A stretch of DNA of 63,302 bases, the filler included, from Octopus bimaculoides (lineage: Eukaryota): assembly GCF_001194135.2 (NCBI RefSeq). It is 5 parts of 5 records of this genome, joined end to end, with 100 filler letters (N's around TTAATTAATTAA, not from the genome) between each part and the next. Parts side by side here need not be neighbours in the genome. Positions count along the whole stretch, not along the records: positions 8,551 to 39,306 come from NC_068983.1; 4 more parts are not named here. One strand, 5' to 3'. Positions 13,045 through 25,099 of the stretch are shown here, piece after piece. The notes under the pieces were generated by a model, which was not told the DNA's origin, searched no databases, and saw only the letters and a list, made by a program, of their open reading frames with translations. Made by a program: the position numbers and the translations under genes. The first letter of the stretch is position 1, and every line of letters starts with the position of its first letter.

Positions 13045-13430
13045 TCAGACATCAAGAGTGCCAACCACCCCTGCACACACAAGTCTTCTTACGACTTTTG
13101 ACTCACGGGTAATGTTACTATGGACCACACTGCCAAGATAAGTGAAGTGATCAGCAATCTTGACATTTCCACCTGCAACAGAAACAGACAAGGTGGAGTT
13201 CCCTAGGAAACAGGCAAAAGATTGGATCTTTGTCTTGACCGAAGAAACTCTAATGTCAAGTGGTTCCACTTTATTTAGTGAAATGGGAACACTCTTTAAG
13301 ACATTCAAAGATTCAACTAGAATAACTGCTTCATTAGCAAAATACAGGTCAGTAATCTCAGAAATCCTAGTTTAACCAATGAGTGCTCTACTGCTTGATC
13401 AATGTGCCAAGGGTCAATATAATTTCACTA
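13045..13430 (-). mobile_element. RTE-like LINE reverse transcriptase fragment (decayed)
   Basis: Minus strand reads ITDLYFANEAVILVESLNVL...LDIRVSSVKTKIQ...DHFTYLGS, matching the RTE RT pattern DLDFADD..L.ES...LGL.VSW.KTK.Q...FTYLGS. Confidence 0.7.
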
Positions 13431-14264
13431 TGTAAATCTCTGCTTTCTTTAGTAATTCCACAAACATTTAAAATAGTCTCTGCAGATATCAAAAAAGAGG
13501 GACATGTTGGATAGAATAGTGTTAGAAAATGTGGATAATAAATCACTGCACAAAATTAGTTTCTATCTAATTAAAATAATCTGCTGTTTATTTTTTTAAT
13601 TTTTTTTTTTTTTTGTTATATTTTTGCAAAATATGGGACAGAAGAATTTGTAAAATGCCATTCAGTAAAGAGGAAGCTGAGTTACAAGAGGTTGAGAATC
13701 ACTAATCCTCCTCCTCCTCCTCGCCGCTCCTGCTGCTGCCGCTACCGCTGCCGCCGCCGCCGCTGCCGCCNNNNNNNNNNNNNNNNNNNNNNNNNNNNNN
13801 NNNNNNNNNNNNNNNNNNNNNNGCCGCCACCACCACCACCATTACTTTTTCACTTACTTTTCTAAGCTTGCACGAATCAGGTAGAATCCACTGAGGCAGA
13901 TTTTCTATGGCCAGATACTCTTCCTGTTGCCAACCCTCATCTGTTTCAAAGTGAGGTAATGTTTTCCCCTAGTCTAGACATGTTTTCAAAAGAGATTGCA
14001 AACAAATAATACTGCTTGTATGACAGTGATATTTACTGACAATTTGTACACAATGTCAAGGCAAGGAGACAGAAACACACACACACACAACAATCTTATT
14101 GTCTTCTTTTCAGTTTCTGTCTACCAAATCAACTCTCAAGACTTTGTTCGGTTTGGGGGTTATAAGTAGAAGACATTTACTCAAGGTAAGTTTAGAACTT
14201 CTAAACCACACAGCAATACCTGCTTCTATTACCAATGATTGATTATGTCATACACCTTACAATG

Positions 14265-14640
14265 TGGAGGCGCAATGGCCTAGTGGTTAGGGCAGCGGAC
14301 TGGCGGTCATAGGATTGTGGTTTCGATTCCTAGACCGGGCGTTGTGAGTGTTTATTGAGCGAAAACACCTAAAGCCCCACGAGGCTCCGGCAGGGGATGG
14401 TGGCAAACCCTGCTGTACTCTTTCACCACAACTTTTTCTCACTCTTTCTTCCTGTTTCTGTTGTGCCTGTAATTCAAAGGCTCAGCCTTGTCACGCTGAA
14501 TATCCCCGAGAACTCCGTTAAGAGTACACGTGTCTGTGGAGTGCTCAGCCACTTGCACGTTAATTTCACGGGCAGGCTGTTCCGTTGATCGTATCAACTG
14601 GAACCCTCGACGTCGTAAGCGACGGAGTGTCAACAACACA
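14265..14640 (+). mobile_element. tRNA-derived SINE family A
   Basis: A box, GGTTTCGATTCC B-box-like motif and (AAC)n tail; 13-bp TSD ACACCTTACAATG at 14252-14264 and 14641-14653. Confidence 0.9.
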
Positions 14641-15118
14641 ACACCTTACAATGCTAATTTATAACATTCAGTAAAATCATTTGAGTTTGCCTGTAAATAA
14701 ATGATGTTGTCGCTTTTTTGATGATTCATTTCGTCTTTGGCATTGATAAATGAAAAAATGCTTTTAATTGATTAAGACACAATAAACTTAGAGAAAAAAA
14801 AACTTTTAACAGGTTGAGGTGTCTAATTATATCCATTTTAAACATATTTGTGTATTGATTTTGTTACATTCCAAACTTTAGAAGATAACTTTGAATTGAA
14901 AACATATAATCAGGTTATTTTCTTGTACTGTTTATCAAGCACGTTGATGAAGAACAGAAAAATATTAAAAAGAAAGAAAACCCCAAAGATTTGGGTGAAT
15001 TGGTTGCTATAAGACTACATGGGGAAAAAATCGTTTCAATTAACAGCATATCAACTGACCACTATGTTTAGTAGTTAGCTAGAGTTACGTCCCTTATATA
15101 TATTTTTTTATTTTCAAG

Positions 15119-15319
15119 CTTGTAATAACAAATTATGCAATTCCAAGAGTTGTGTTCGGGCACCTGTTCAGTGGTTACGATTTTCAGTCGTGACTTTGAA
15201 TACTCTGTCGGTGTCAACGATGACTGAACCCAAATGGTTCGGATTACAATGCTATTGCTCTACAAATGATATAAGCAATTATTGCTTCGTTGCTTTAATG
15301 CTTACGGGATGTTCTGGAG
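15119..15319 (+). CDS. Candidate 201-nt exon, phase 1-1 (xCNNKLCNSKSCVRAPVQWLRFSVVTLNTLSVSTMTEPKWFGLQCYCSTNDISNYCFVALMLTGCSG)
   Basis: Acceptor TATTTTTTTATTTTCAAG and strong donor GAG|GTAAGT; 66 open codons; locally CpG-rich. Could instead be a first or 5' UTR exon. Confidence 0.4.
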
Positions 15320-15774
15320 GTAAGTTTGATAAATAACAACATTACGTCATTTTAGTAAAAGATCGGCTCACAAAAGTCTGATGCGCCAATGAAAGAAAGT
15401 AATTATATTTTATGTATGTTTTTTTATTTTCTGTTTATTCAATTTAAAGAAATGCATGCCATAACAAAATAGATATTTAAAGAAATCTAAAGAAATTTTA
15501 TTCAGGGATATTCTTAGTGATTTTTTTTTCATTGTCAGGTTATTAATTTCAATGATAATTATAATTTTTTTTTAAATAACTGATGCTCATTTGGTAATTA
15601 AAGACATTTAAAGAAAATGTGGTTAAGGTAGTTTAAGGAATGTAGGATCTAGCATTTTCTATACATTTAATATTTAAAATGGAAAATATGAGCACAGCTT
15701 TAATATATACAAAAATGTTTCATTCTCACATATTTAAGTGTTATTTAATTATATATTACATTTTCTATTTTCAG

Positions 15775-15803
15775 TTCTAGATGACTATCTTAAATTAGGA
15801 TAA
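15775..15803 (+). CDS. Candidate phase-1 terminal coding exon start (VLDDYLKLG*)
   Basis: Strong acceptor ACATTTTCTATTTTCAG; phase-compatible with the 15319 donor; AATAAA follows at about 15823. Confidence 0.22.
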
Positions 15804-16834
15804 ATTGTATATAAACAAAAACAATAAAATCTATGAAAAATATTGCTTACATATTTTATTATCAATGTCCTTTATCATGATAGTAACACAGAAGATAATC
15901 CTATTATTTTTTTGTTGTAGCAGTTGTTTCTGAATCTTCTTGAAATTTCTCCAAGATTCTCTTAAAATGCTCTCAAAATCAATGCAACTGTTTTTTTCAA
16001 AATTTCAAAAGTTTTCTGTATTTTTCACAATGGTATACTGAATATAATAATTTCAAGAAAATGGCAACATTATTTTTAAAAAAATTCTATTCATTTAAAT
16101 GATAGTATACTAAGATTGTAAATATGCAGAAAATGTGATGTAGATAGTAATACTGTTGAAAAGTATTAGTAGCATATCCTGAATATATTCTTTATACATA
16201 CTTTTTTCATACATCTACAGAGATTGTGTTGCTTTATGCAATTAATTTAGATATTTACTTTTTTAAAACTCCCTTGGGATCTAATTAAAACTGATTAAAG
16301 TTTTGACTGTTTAATGTTATATCCATGTGTGTACTGACAATTAATCTTGCACCTACTATTTTGGTTGTAATGGGCATGACTTGTAATTGTACTTTGACTA
16401 AGAAAAGTAAATTACTGCTATAAGTATTTTGATTCTTATTCTCTTACTATTTTAGTCATGGGCTCTGATAATTCTAGGGTATCGCAAATAAGATGAGCCT
16501 AGTCTTAAGAGTTTTCTTCTGTTCACACAAATTATTTAGTCAGCAATGCGTCTGTCAGAATATGCTTATAAAGATATTGATAACATTTCTACTTTCCAAT
16601 AATTCAATGCATTTATCACTTTTAATTCTAGATTATTAAACTTTCTTTTGTTATGTTTTCATTTAAATTAATAAATTGTACTATATAATTAGATGTATTT
16701 TAAAAACAATTTATTGAATTATATATAATCCGTTTGTGTGAAAAAGTGCTGTTTAAGTAAATAGATTAAAAGTGCTTATCATCAAAATTATATTTGTGAT
16801 GGAACACTAAAACATTTGTAAATATTTTTTTTTA

Positions 16835-16923
<89 letters not shown>

Positions 16924-17854
16924 GTATAATTTTTTTCTTTATTATTAATTATTAGTTTCTATCAAGATTGATGTTTCATAATGGAACAGGTTTCCCCACT
17001 CTCTTACTTGTAAGCTCTAAATATATACAACCAGCATTGGTTAGAATTGTTTTGATTATGATTTTGTATTACTCTTCAATTATTTTCGGTAGTAATTACG
17101 TTAACTGTTTTATTGCTAGAAAAACAACTAAAGCAACATTGATCCCAAACAAGCATAATTCCAGTATCATCTTATATACTACTGGTGGTGCTCCAGCATG
17201 GCCACACCCTTAGGGCTGAAATGTACAAAAGAATAAGAGAATATCATTGAGCTACTTAACCAATATCCTGATTTTACATTGATAATTTGCTGAATGTTCA
17301 TAGTTTCAGTTATCTTTTAAAAATAAAACTGTGTACCATTATCCATTTAATATTTGCTTTTGTATTCATGATTTTATTTTTATACAATTATATTTCACAA
17401 GCATCCCCTGTATTATGGAAACATTATGTTGTTGAAAATTTTACCATCATGTAGAATTCCATAAGCAAAACTTATTTTCCCAGTGACTTCCTTATTACAA
17501 GTCAATGGGAAGTTTTGTATTACTGAAGTCTATGTTGCAGCAAGATTTCAGGAAAACAACTCTTTCATAATGCGGAGAATGTCTGTATATGGCAATATAG
17601 AATATATGACTCAAATAGTGATTTTTGTATATGGATTTTAACATGAAAAACTATAAAATAATAATCTCTTATTGGCTTTATGTAGATATTAATTTTAAGC
17701 AATACCAAGAAAGCTTAGACAATCCAATAATAAATGCTAGCAAACTAACAATAAACTTTTAACCACACAGACATATTAAAAAAAAGCATATATGTATTTG
17801 TAATTATATATATGTATGTATATATGTGTATATGTATATATATATATATATATC

Positions 17855-18090
17855 ATCATCATCATCGTTTAACGTCTGCTTTCCATGCTAGCACGGGTTG
17901 GACGATTTGACTGAGGACTGGTGAAACCAGATGGCTACACCAGGCTCCAATCTGATTTAGCAGAGTTTCTACAGCTGGATGCCCTTCCTAACGCCAACCA
18001 CTCAGAGAGTGTAGTGGGTGCTTTTACGTGTCACCCGCACGAAGGCCAGTCAGGCGGTACTGGCAACGGCCATGCTCAAGATGGTGTATT
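17855..18090 (+). repeat. Dispersed repeat family D, young copy
   Basis: (CAT)n-CGTTTAACGTCTGCTTTCCATGCTAGC...GGATGCCCTTCCTAACGCCAACC; runs into a gap. Confidence 0.7.
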
Positions 18091-20171
18091 NNNNNNNNNN
18101 NNNNNNNNNNNNNNNNNNNNNNNNNNNNNNNNNNNNNNNNNNNNNNNNNNNNNNNNNNNNNNNNNNNNNNNNNNNNNNNNNNNNNNNNNNNNNNNNNNNN
18201 NNNNNNNNNNNNNNNNNNNNNNNNNNNNNNNNNNNNNNNNNNNNNNNNNNNNNNNNNNNNNNNNNNNNNNNNNNNNNNNNNNNNNNNNNNNNNNNNNNNN
18301 NNNNNNNNNNNNNNNNNTATATATATATATATATATATATATGGAGGGAGAGAGTATAAAAGAGATATAGAAGAGCAATAGATAAGAGAAAGAAATTAAG
18401 ATTTATTTTGTGATTATAATTCTGAACTCTTGGTAACAGCTCACCATCAGTCTTCCTCTCAAGTCTTTCATAGTCTTTGAATTCTGCTTAATTTCTCTCT
18501 TCTTTTAAGATTCTCTTTTTAGTGTGTGTTTTGTGTTTACACAAATACATATGCACATATACAGTCTTTATACTTTTTGTGGTGAGGATAACAAATTTTA
18601 TTTGGTTTGATTTAATTAAGAAATTTGTTGCATTTTATATTGGATTTGGCAAAGATTTTATGGCTAAATCACCTCCTTTATACCATTCCAAAGGTGCGGG
18701 GACAAAGCAGAGTATACAGTATATGTAAGTTTGTGGGATTGAGTTCATAGAAATGTAGAAATGTTAACTGCCTTTCAATTTTTTTCATTTAAGTTTAAGT
18801 CCAGTCAAAGTTGATTTTATTTTTCATCCCTCAAGAGTCAATTAAATTTTTACCAGTTATATACTGAATTTATTCAATGGACTAAACGTCTTTACCAACA
18901 AATTTTATCATTGAACTTTGTCAAAAAAAAAATCATTTTGATAAATAAAAGACAACAGTAGTCAGTAGAAATGGTTAAACTTATGAACTTTGTAGTATCT
19001 CTTCCTGAACCTTGCAGTATCTAGTTATGAGCCACTCGATTCAATGTTCAAATTCTGCTGAGGCCAAATGGAAAATGGACATTAAAGGAAGAGGAGGAGG
19101 AAGAAATACCTTCAAAATTGATGACCATGTGACAAAGTTAGAAATCATTATTATCAGCTCAGAGTGACTAATGATAATTGATAGTTATGTATTCCCAGTA
19201 AAGTCTGTATTAACAAAATTAGGAGATATTATGCAATGTGTTCTTTCTTATTCAAAGCAACAGGGTATAATCTAATCTGACAGAGAGTTACTATTTCTTG
19301 TGAGGTAACCACATAAAGGTTCCCTCATTAGCTTAGTCTCTCTCTCTCATTGAGTTATAGGTTTAATTATGGTAATGAGGGAAATGAAATATGAACTTGG
19401 TCCAAATGCACCTGTTGCTCCTCTGCATTTACCATTGCTACTGTACATTGCAGCACAGTGCTTGGGTTTAATGACACTGATAATGCTGATCTTTTAAAGG
19501 TGTGATTTTTATGTTTGTCTGGAGAAAATGGAAGGAAAGAATGTTACAAATCAAGGATTCCCAACGTAGGGGCCTAGGAAAATTGAGGTGGGGCTTGAAA
19601 GCCAAAATGTTTTTTTCTTTTTTTTTTTATTAGTGGGACATGGAATTATGAAAATCTTTTTTTCCACAACAAACATACAACACCTATACTCAGCCTAGCT
19701 AAACCAATTGATCCAGCCAAGCATACAATGTGAAAACTGTTTGTTGCAGTATAACATTGTTCCAATGCCCTAGTGTGGATATTTCTTTGAGGATATTTCA
19801 CCAGTGGGACATACATTTTTTCTGGAAAATTATAGTGGGACCTCACAGAAAATTAATTGGAAAACACTGTCATAGATATATATTTATTTTGTTAAGGTGG
19901 TGGCTGATAACTGCGAAATTTAGAGCTTGTTGCAATAGTAAACTATTCCTCTTGCTTGTCCAGGTTTGTCTTTCATTTTCAGTATTTTTGTTTTTTTGTG
20001 AATATGGACTGTGTGCAGACTGTGATGATACACTCTGTGCAATTTTGTGCTCTTTGCAGCTTGTTATGATTTGTTGTAGAGGGATTGGAAACCCAGACAG
20101 GACTGGCATAATCTAAGTTGCATGGGATGTATTATTATTATTTTTATTATTATTATTATTATTATTATCAT

Positions 20172-20714
20172 TATTGAGTGAGAGAGCAGTCCTTGCCATC
20201 AAAGTGACACTGGGGTAAAATATATGCAGCCCATTATACCCATCATGATTACCCGTTTGACAAAGGTACACCAGGCACATGCATCACAACCATATGTGCA
20301 CGACATGGTGATCTCATATCAAGATAAACAGTGCATGACCACGCAGGTGGGGCCCAGGTCGAGTAGCCCATCCTTCTCAAAAGGCCCCTGAATAAGGTTT
20401 GTTTAAGGATGTTGAGCAAAACACGCATGTTTCCAAAGGTGAATTATTCAAACCCCAAAGAATTCCTCTCAGCACATGGCTATGATGTTCCCCCACTACT
20501 TCTGCTCATGATCAGAGATGCACATATTGTCAACCACTAAGGGTCATGCTCAACTGGTTAAGGTCAAACAACTGACAAGCAAATCTGTAATATTAAGCAG
20601 AATATTTGCTGTAGCCCATCTTTTATACCAAGACAAAACAATGTACATGATAACACTTCCAATCAATTAAGATCAGAAGCCATGAGAGCCACTGCCTGGT
20701 ACTACATCCGGGTG

Positions 20715-20718
<4 letters not shown>
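20172..20718 (+). repeat. About 550-bp probable interspersed repeat flanked on both sides by (TAT)n
   Basis: More GC-rich block between two ATT microsatellites. Single copy in this window, so the repeat status is inferred. Confidence 0.35.
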
Positions 20719-20765
<47 letters not shown>

Positions 20766-20769
20766 GTGT

Positions 20770-22250
20770 GTGTGTTGGCTAAATGTAGTTTCTGAGTGTG
20801 CTCTAAGTATGTTTGCATTTTGCTTTGCTTTCTTTAATATGTTTGCTATAAGATCTCATAAGGGTATTGTATGTAATTCCTAGCATATTTATCTTTTGTG
20901 TATGGGTATGTTTATACTGCTGAGTGTAACAGTTGGTTGTAATTGTTGTTCTTTAGTGTTTTATGTTCTACAGTGGCTTTGGCTTGTACCGCTATAAGTC
21001 TGTTATTTTGTAGTCATGGTTCTAGATGTGGTTTACATTAGGTTGGACTGGTTGTGCAGCTGTGCCTGCTGTATGATTGGAAGTTGTGATGGCGATGTCT
21101 GCATTTGTGCCTGCTGTGTGATGATAAGTGATAGAGATATCATCTGCATTTGTGTCTGCTGTGTGATAACAAGTTGTAATGGAGATATCATCTGCTTTTG
21201 TGTCTGTTGTGTGATAGCAAGTTGTGATGGTGATATCTGCAGCTATGCCTGCTGTGTTATAGCAAGTTGTGATAGAGATATCATCTGCATTTGTGCCTGC
21301 TGTGTGATAGCAAGTTGTGATGGAGATATCATCTATAGTTGTGACAGCAAGATATGATGGAGATATCATCTGCTTTTGTGTCTATTGTGTGATAGCAAGT
21401 TGTGATGGTGATATCTGCAGCTGTGCCTGCTGTGTGATAGCAAGGTGTGATGGAGATATCATCTGCATTTGTATCTGCTGTGTGACAGAAGAATGTGATG
21501 GAGATATCATCTGCATTTGTGTCTGCTGTGTGATAGCAAGTTTTGATGGAAATATCATTTGCATTTGTGTCTGTGTACATGGTTTGATAATGTGCAAGAT
21601 AATGTAGGTATCAGATAAACAGAGTGGATGAGCAGACAGATTCTTGTGATATTCCATCTGACATATTGCAAATATTTGATGTATTGTTGTCCCATAATTA
21701 CATGTTCTTGCCAGTTCGCAATGTAGTTTGCTAACCAGTATTTTGTGGTAATTCTTGTGGAGGTGTTGAGTATTTTATAAGTTGGGGGATAGCGTCAAAA
21801 GAAGTGCTGCTGTTGATGGTAGTCAGGATGGCTTGTGTAGGAGGTTTTTTTGTTGTTGAACCCCTTGTGTGTGTGTGTGCATGCGCGCAACATTTATGAG
21901 TGGTGTAATGGTCGGGTGTAGCAGTTTAAATCTGGGTTATGATGAAGAGAACAACGTATGGGTTTATTATATGAAGGATCAGTTTTGTTGCTTTTATAGT
22001 CTATTACAATTTGGTCTGAAGACATTATGTGCCCAAATATGATTAGGTTCATGATACAGCTAATACATAGTTTGTACTCTAATGTTGTTTCTTTATGCAT
22101 AAGTTAGCAATAAGACTGGGCAATATTACTTCACTTGAGATTTTTGTTGGACTTTAAAATATGATGGTTTTGCCCAATATCCAAATTCTGGAGATTTGAC
22201 AGTAGTAGCAAGAATATTTGTAGTTGTTGGTGAGTGTTGTGATCCCTTAA
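20770..22250 (-). mobile_element. Ancient Jockey/I-superfamily LINE, reverse transcriptase region (heavily decayed)
   Basis: Minus-strand motifs occur in correct RT order: ILKSNK (ILKPNK), GFNNKKPP.AILTTINSSTSFDAIP (D.SKAFD), KILNT..YWLANYI, GISQESVCSSTLF (GVPQGSVLSPTLF, 21617-21655), NADDISIT (YADD), QPNVNHI, and LGITYNTLM..SKHIK. Confidence 0.8.
21052..21577. repeat. Minisatellite of about 11-12 units of 45/48 bp (TGTGATGGAGATATCATCTGCATTTGTGTCTGCTGTGTGATAGCAAGT)
   Basis: Units read directly from the sequence; one 37-bp deleted unit at about 21316-21352. Confidence 0.95.
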
Positions 22251-22277
22251 AACCCTAAATATTATAGTTATATCTTT

Positions 22278-22685
22278 TTCTTTTTACCTGTTCCAGTCAT
22301 TGGACTACAGTCATGCAGGTGAACTGCCTTGAAGAATTTTAGTTAAACAAATCAACCCTAGTATTTATCTTTCTAAGCCTGGTACTAATTCTATTGGTCT
22401 GTTTTGCTCTTTTGCCAAACCACTATATTATGGGAATGTAAAAACACCATCGCTGGTTGTCCAGTGGTGGTGATGGGATTGGACAAACCCAAACACAAAG
22501 GCGTGCGCGTGCACACACACACACACAGATTGGGCTTCTTTCAGTTTCTGTCTCTGAAATCCACTCACAGAGCTTTGGTCAACCCAAGGCTATAGTAGAA
22601 GACACTTGCTTAAGGTACCATGCTGTGGGACTGAACCTGGTACCATGTGGTTAGAAAGCAAACTTCTTGCCACACCTGCACCTAT
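22278..22685 (-). mobile_element. SINE family B, CpG-decayed copy
   Basis: Reverse complement colinear with 7699-8131. Confidence 0.8.
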
Positions 22686-22732
22686 ATGTGTATGCTTTTT
22701 ATCAAGTCTTGATGCATTTGAGGTTTTAGGTT

Positions 22733-22868
22733 TCATTTGTAGAGCAATAGCATTGTAATCCGAACCATTTGGGTTCAGTCATCGTTGACACCGACAGAGT
22801 ATTCAAAGTCACGACTGAAAATCGTAACCACTGAACAGGTGCCCGAACACAACTCTTGGAATTTCATA
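22733..22868 (-). repeat. 136-bp inverted copy of 15134-15269
   Basis: Reverse complement matches 15134-15269 with one mismatch by eye. Confidence 0.92.
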
Positions 22869-23443
22869 GTAGAAAGCGGTCAAGGTCATGGCACAAGGTG
22901 AAAGTTGTGAATGTCGCAGTTTACGTTTCTTGTTTTTCTATCGTTATTCTTTTTATCATTTACTTGCTTCAGTCGTTGGACAACAGCCATGCCAGAGCAA
23001 TACTTTGAAAGCTTTTAATCAAACAAATTGACTCCAGTGTTCATGGTTTTTTTTGGTTTTTTTCTAAAGTCTGGTATCTATTTTATCTCTCTTTTATTAG
23101 ACTGCTAAGTTTTGGGGGATGTAAACAAACCATCACTGATTGTCAAGTGGTTGGGTAGCAAGTACAGCTCTGAAAATATGCAAACACACGCGTACAGACA
23201 CTCACACACACACATGGGTTTGGTGATGCAAACAGGAAAAGTAGAACTCAAAATATGAGTATATGAATATTTTTTTTATTGATATTTAGAAGAAACAACA
23301 GAGTGAGTCATGGGCCAAGAGTTTTGTGCATTTGATAAGTGCCAATGCATGAAACTCTCAGCCTTTGAGTCATTTTGTTGCTTCTGCTAAATATTAATAA
23401 ATATATATTTATATTAATTATTTATATATATATAGATATAGAT

Positions 23444-23814
23444 GTGGAGGTGCAATGGTGCAGCAGACTCACAGTCATAGGATCACGGTTTCAATTCGCA
23501 GATTGGGTGTTGTGAATGTTTATTGAGTGAAAACACCTAAAGCTCCACAAGGCTCTGGCAGGGGGTAGTGACAAACCCTGCTGTACTCTTCCACCACAAC
23601 TTTCTCTCACTCTTTCTTCCTGTTTCTGTTGTACCTGTATTTCAAAGGGACAGCCTTGTCACACTCTGAGCATGCTGAATCTCCCCAAGAACTATGTTAA
23701 GGGTGCATGTGTCTGTGGAGTGCTCAGCCACTTGCACATTAATTTCATGAGCAGGCTATTCTGTTGATCGGATCAACTGGAACCCTCATCATCACAACCG
23801 ACGGAGTGCAACAT
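23444..23814 (+). mobile_element. SINE family A, old copy with nearly all CpGs deaminated
   Basis: Examples versus the young copies: GGAGGTGCAA vs GGAGGCGCAA, GACTCACAG vs GACTCGCGG, CTATGTT vs CTACGTT, GCACATT vs GCACGTT. Confidence 0.85.
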
Positions 23815-25099
23815 CATATATATAAATATATATATATATATTAATTGAAGTGTACAGTATTATATATCCATTATGGCCAATCTTACCAATTGGTTTCGCG
23901 CTAGGGGTTCAATGGAGTGTTAGGTTACAGTCCAATTATGTAACCCTGTACTCTTCAAAGGTAACCATTATGGAATAAAATATACGCACACACACAACAG
24001 GCTTTCACACAGTTTCCATCAACCAAATTCAGTCACAAGACATTGCTCAGCCTGTGGCTATAGATGAAGACACTTGTCCAAGATGATATGTAGTGAGACT
24101 GAACCTGAAACACTACATAACTGCAAAGCAAACTTCTTAGTCACACAGGCTGATTTAAAAAAATATATATTTGACAAAGTCATTTGCATTACTGTTGAAG
24201 TGTTGGTATGTTATTTGACATGTTACTGTGATGTGTGATATGTAATAGGGACATTATTAAAGTTATTTATACTGTTAATTATTTAATACATGTTTAGTGT
24301 ACTGCTTGATTGGATACATATGCTTGGCATTTCCTTGTTTACGTTTTTGGTGCTGTATTTTTATTTTTGCTTCAAGTTGTCTATATTCATCATCATCATC
24401 ACCATTATCATTATTAATCTTTATCATCCACTTTTCTATGATAGCATGGGTTGGATGGAAGTTGTTGAGGTGAATTTCATATGACTGGATGCCCTTTCTG
24501 TTGCCAACCCTCACCTGTTTCCAAGAAAGGTAATGTTTCCCCATGATCAGACATATCTCAGAAGATTGGGAACAAAGTACACCACTTGCATGATGGCATC
24601 ATTTACTTACAACAATCACTCAATGTCAAGCTCACAGTAGCATACATATACACAGAGGGCTTCTTTTAGTTTCTACTTGCTAAATCCACTCACAAGGCTT
24701 TGGTTGGCCTGGGGTTTAGTAAGAGACACTTGTGGAAGGTGCAGTGAAACCATGTTGGGAAACAAACTTCTTTCCACATAGCCATGCCTGCACCTTATAT
24801 ATTAGTTGTGTAATTTAGTGTCTAAAATTGTTTGGGAGATAAGCTTTTCTTTTCACTGAAGCATCTATAATTAATTTGTTGAGCTGTCAGTGCTGGTGAT
24901 TGATATGTTGTTTTTTATGTTCTACAAACCTTGATTCTGTTTATTGGTGGATAGAATTCCACTGTGGTCTTTACTTTTCTTTTTCTTTTCTTTTCTTTGT
25001 TTTTTTAAGTTTATAAAAGTGTTTTTACTTTTTCTTTTTTTGCTTATTGGTATGTGAGTTTGTTGTAATCATGGTAGGCAGGTAAATAGAAGAAAATTG

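Noticed and set aside
17390-17640. Protein-like frames interrupted by TAG/TGA, which might be rescued by A-to-I editing
   Set aside because: No homology is recognised, and such frames arise by chance; invoking editing is unsupported.
21052-21577. CRISPR-like appearance of regularly spaced repeats
   Set aside because: Units are contiguous with no unique spacers, the context is eukaryotic, and there are no cas genes.
21016-21607. Plus-strand Cys-rich ORFs resembling a metallothionein or keratin-associated protein
   Set aside because: They are better explained as the antisense reading of the RT-derived minisatellite; there is a frameshift mid-array and no gene context. Kept only as a speculative note.
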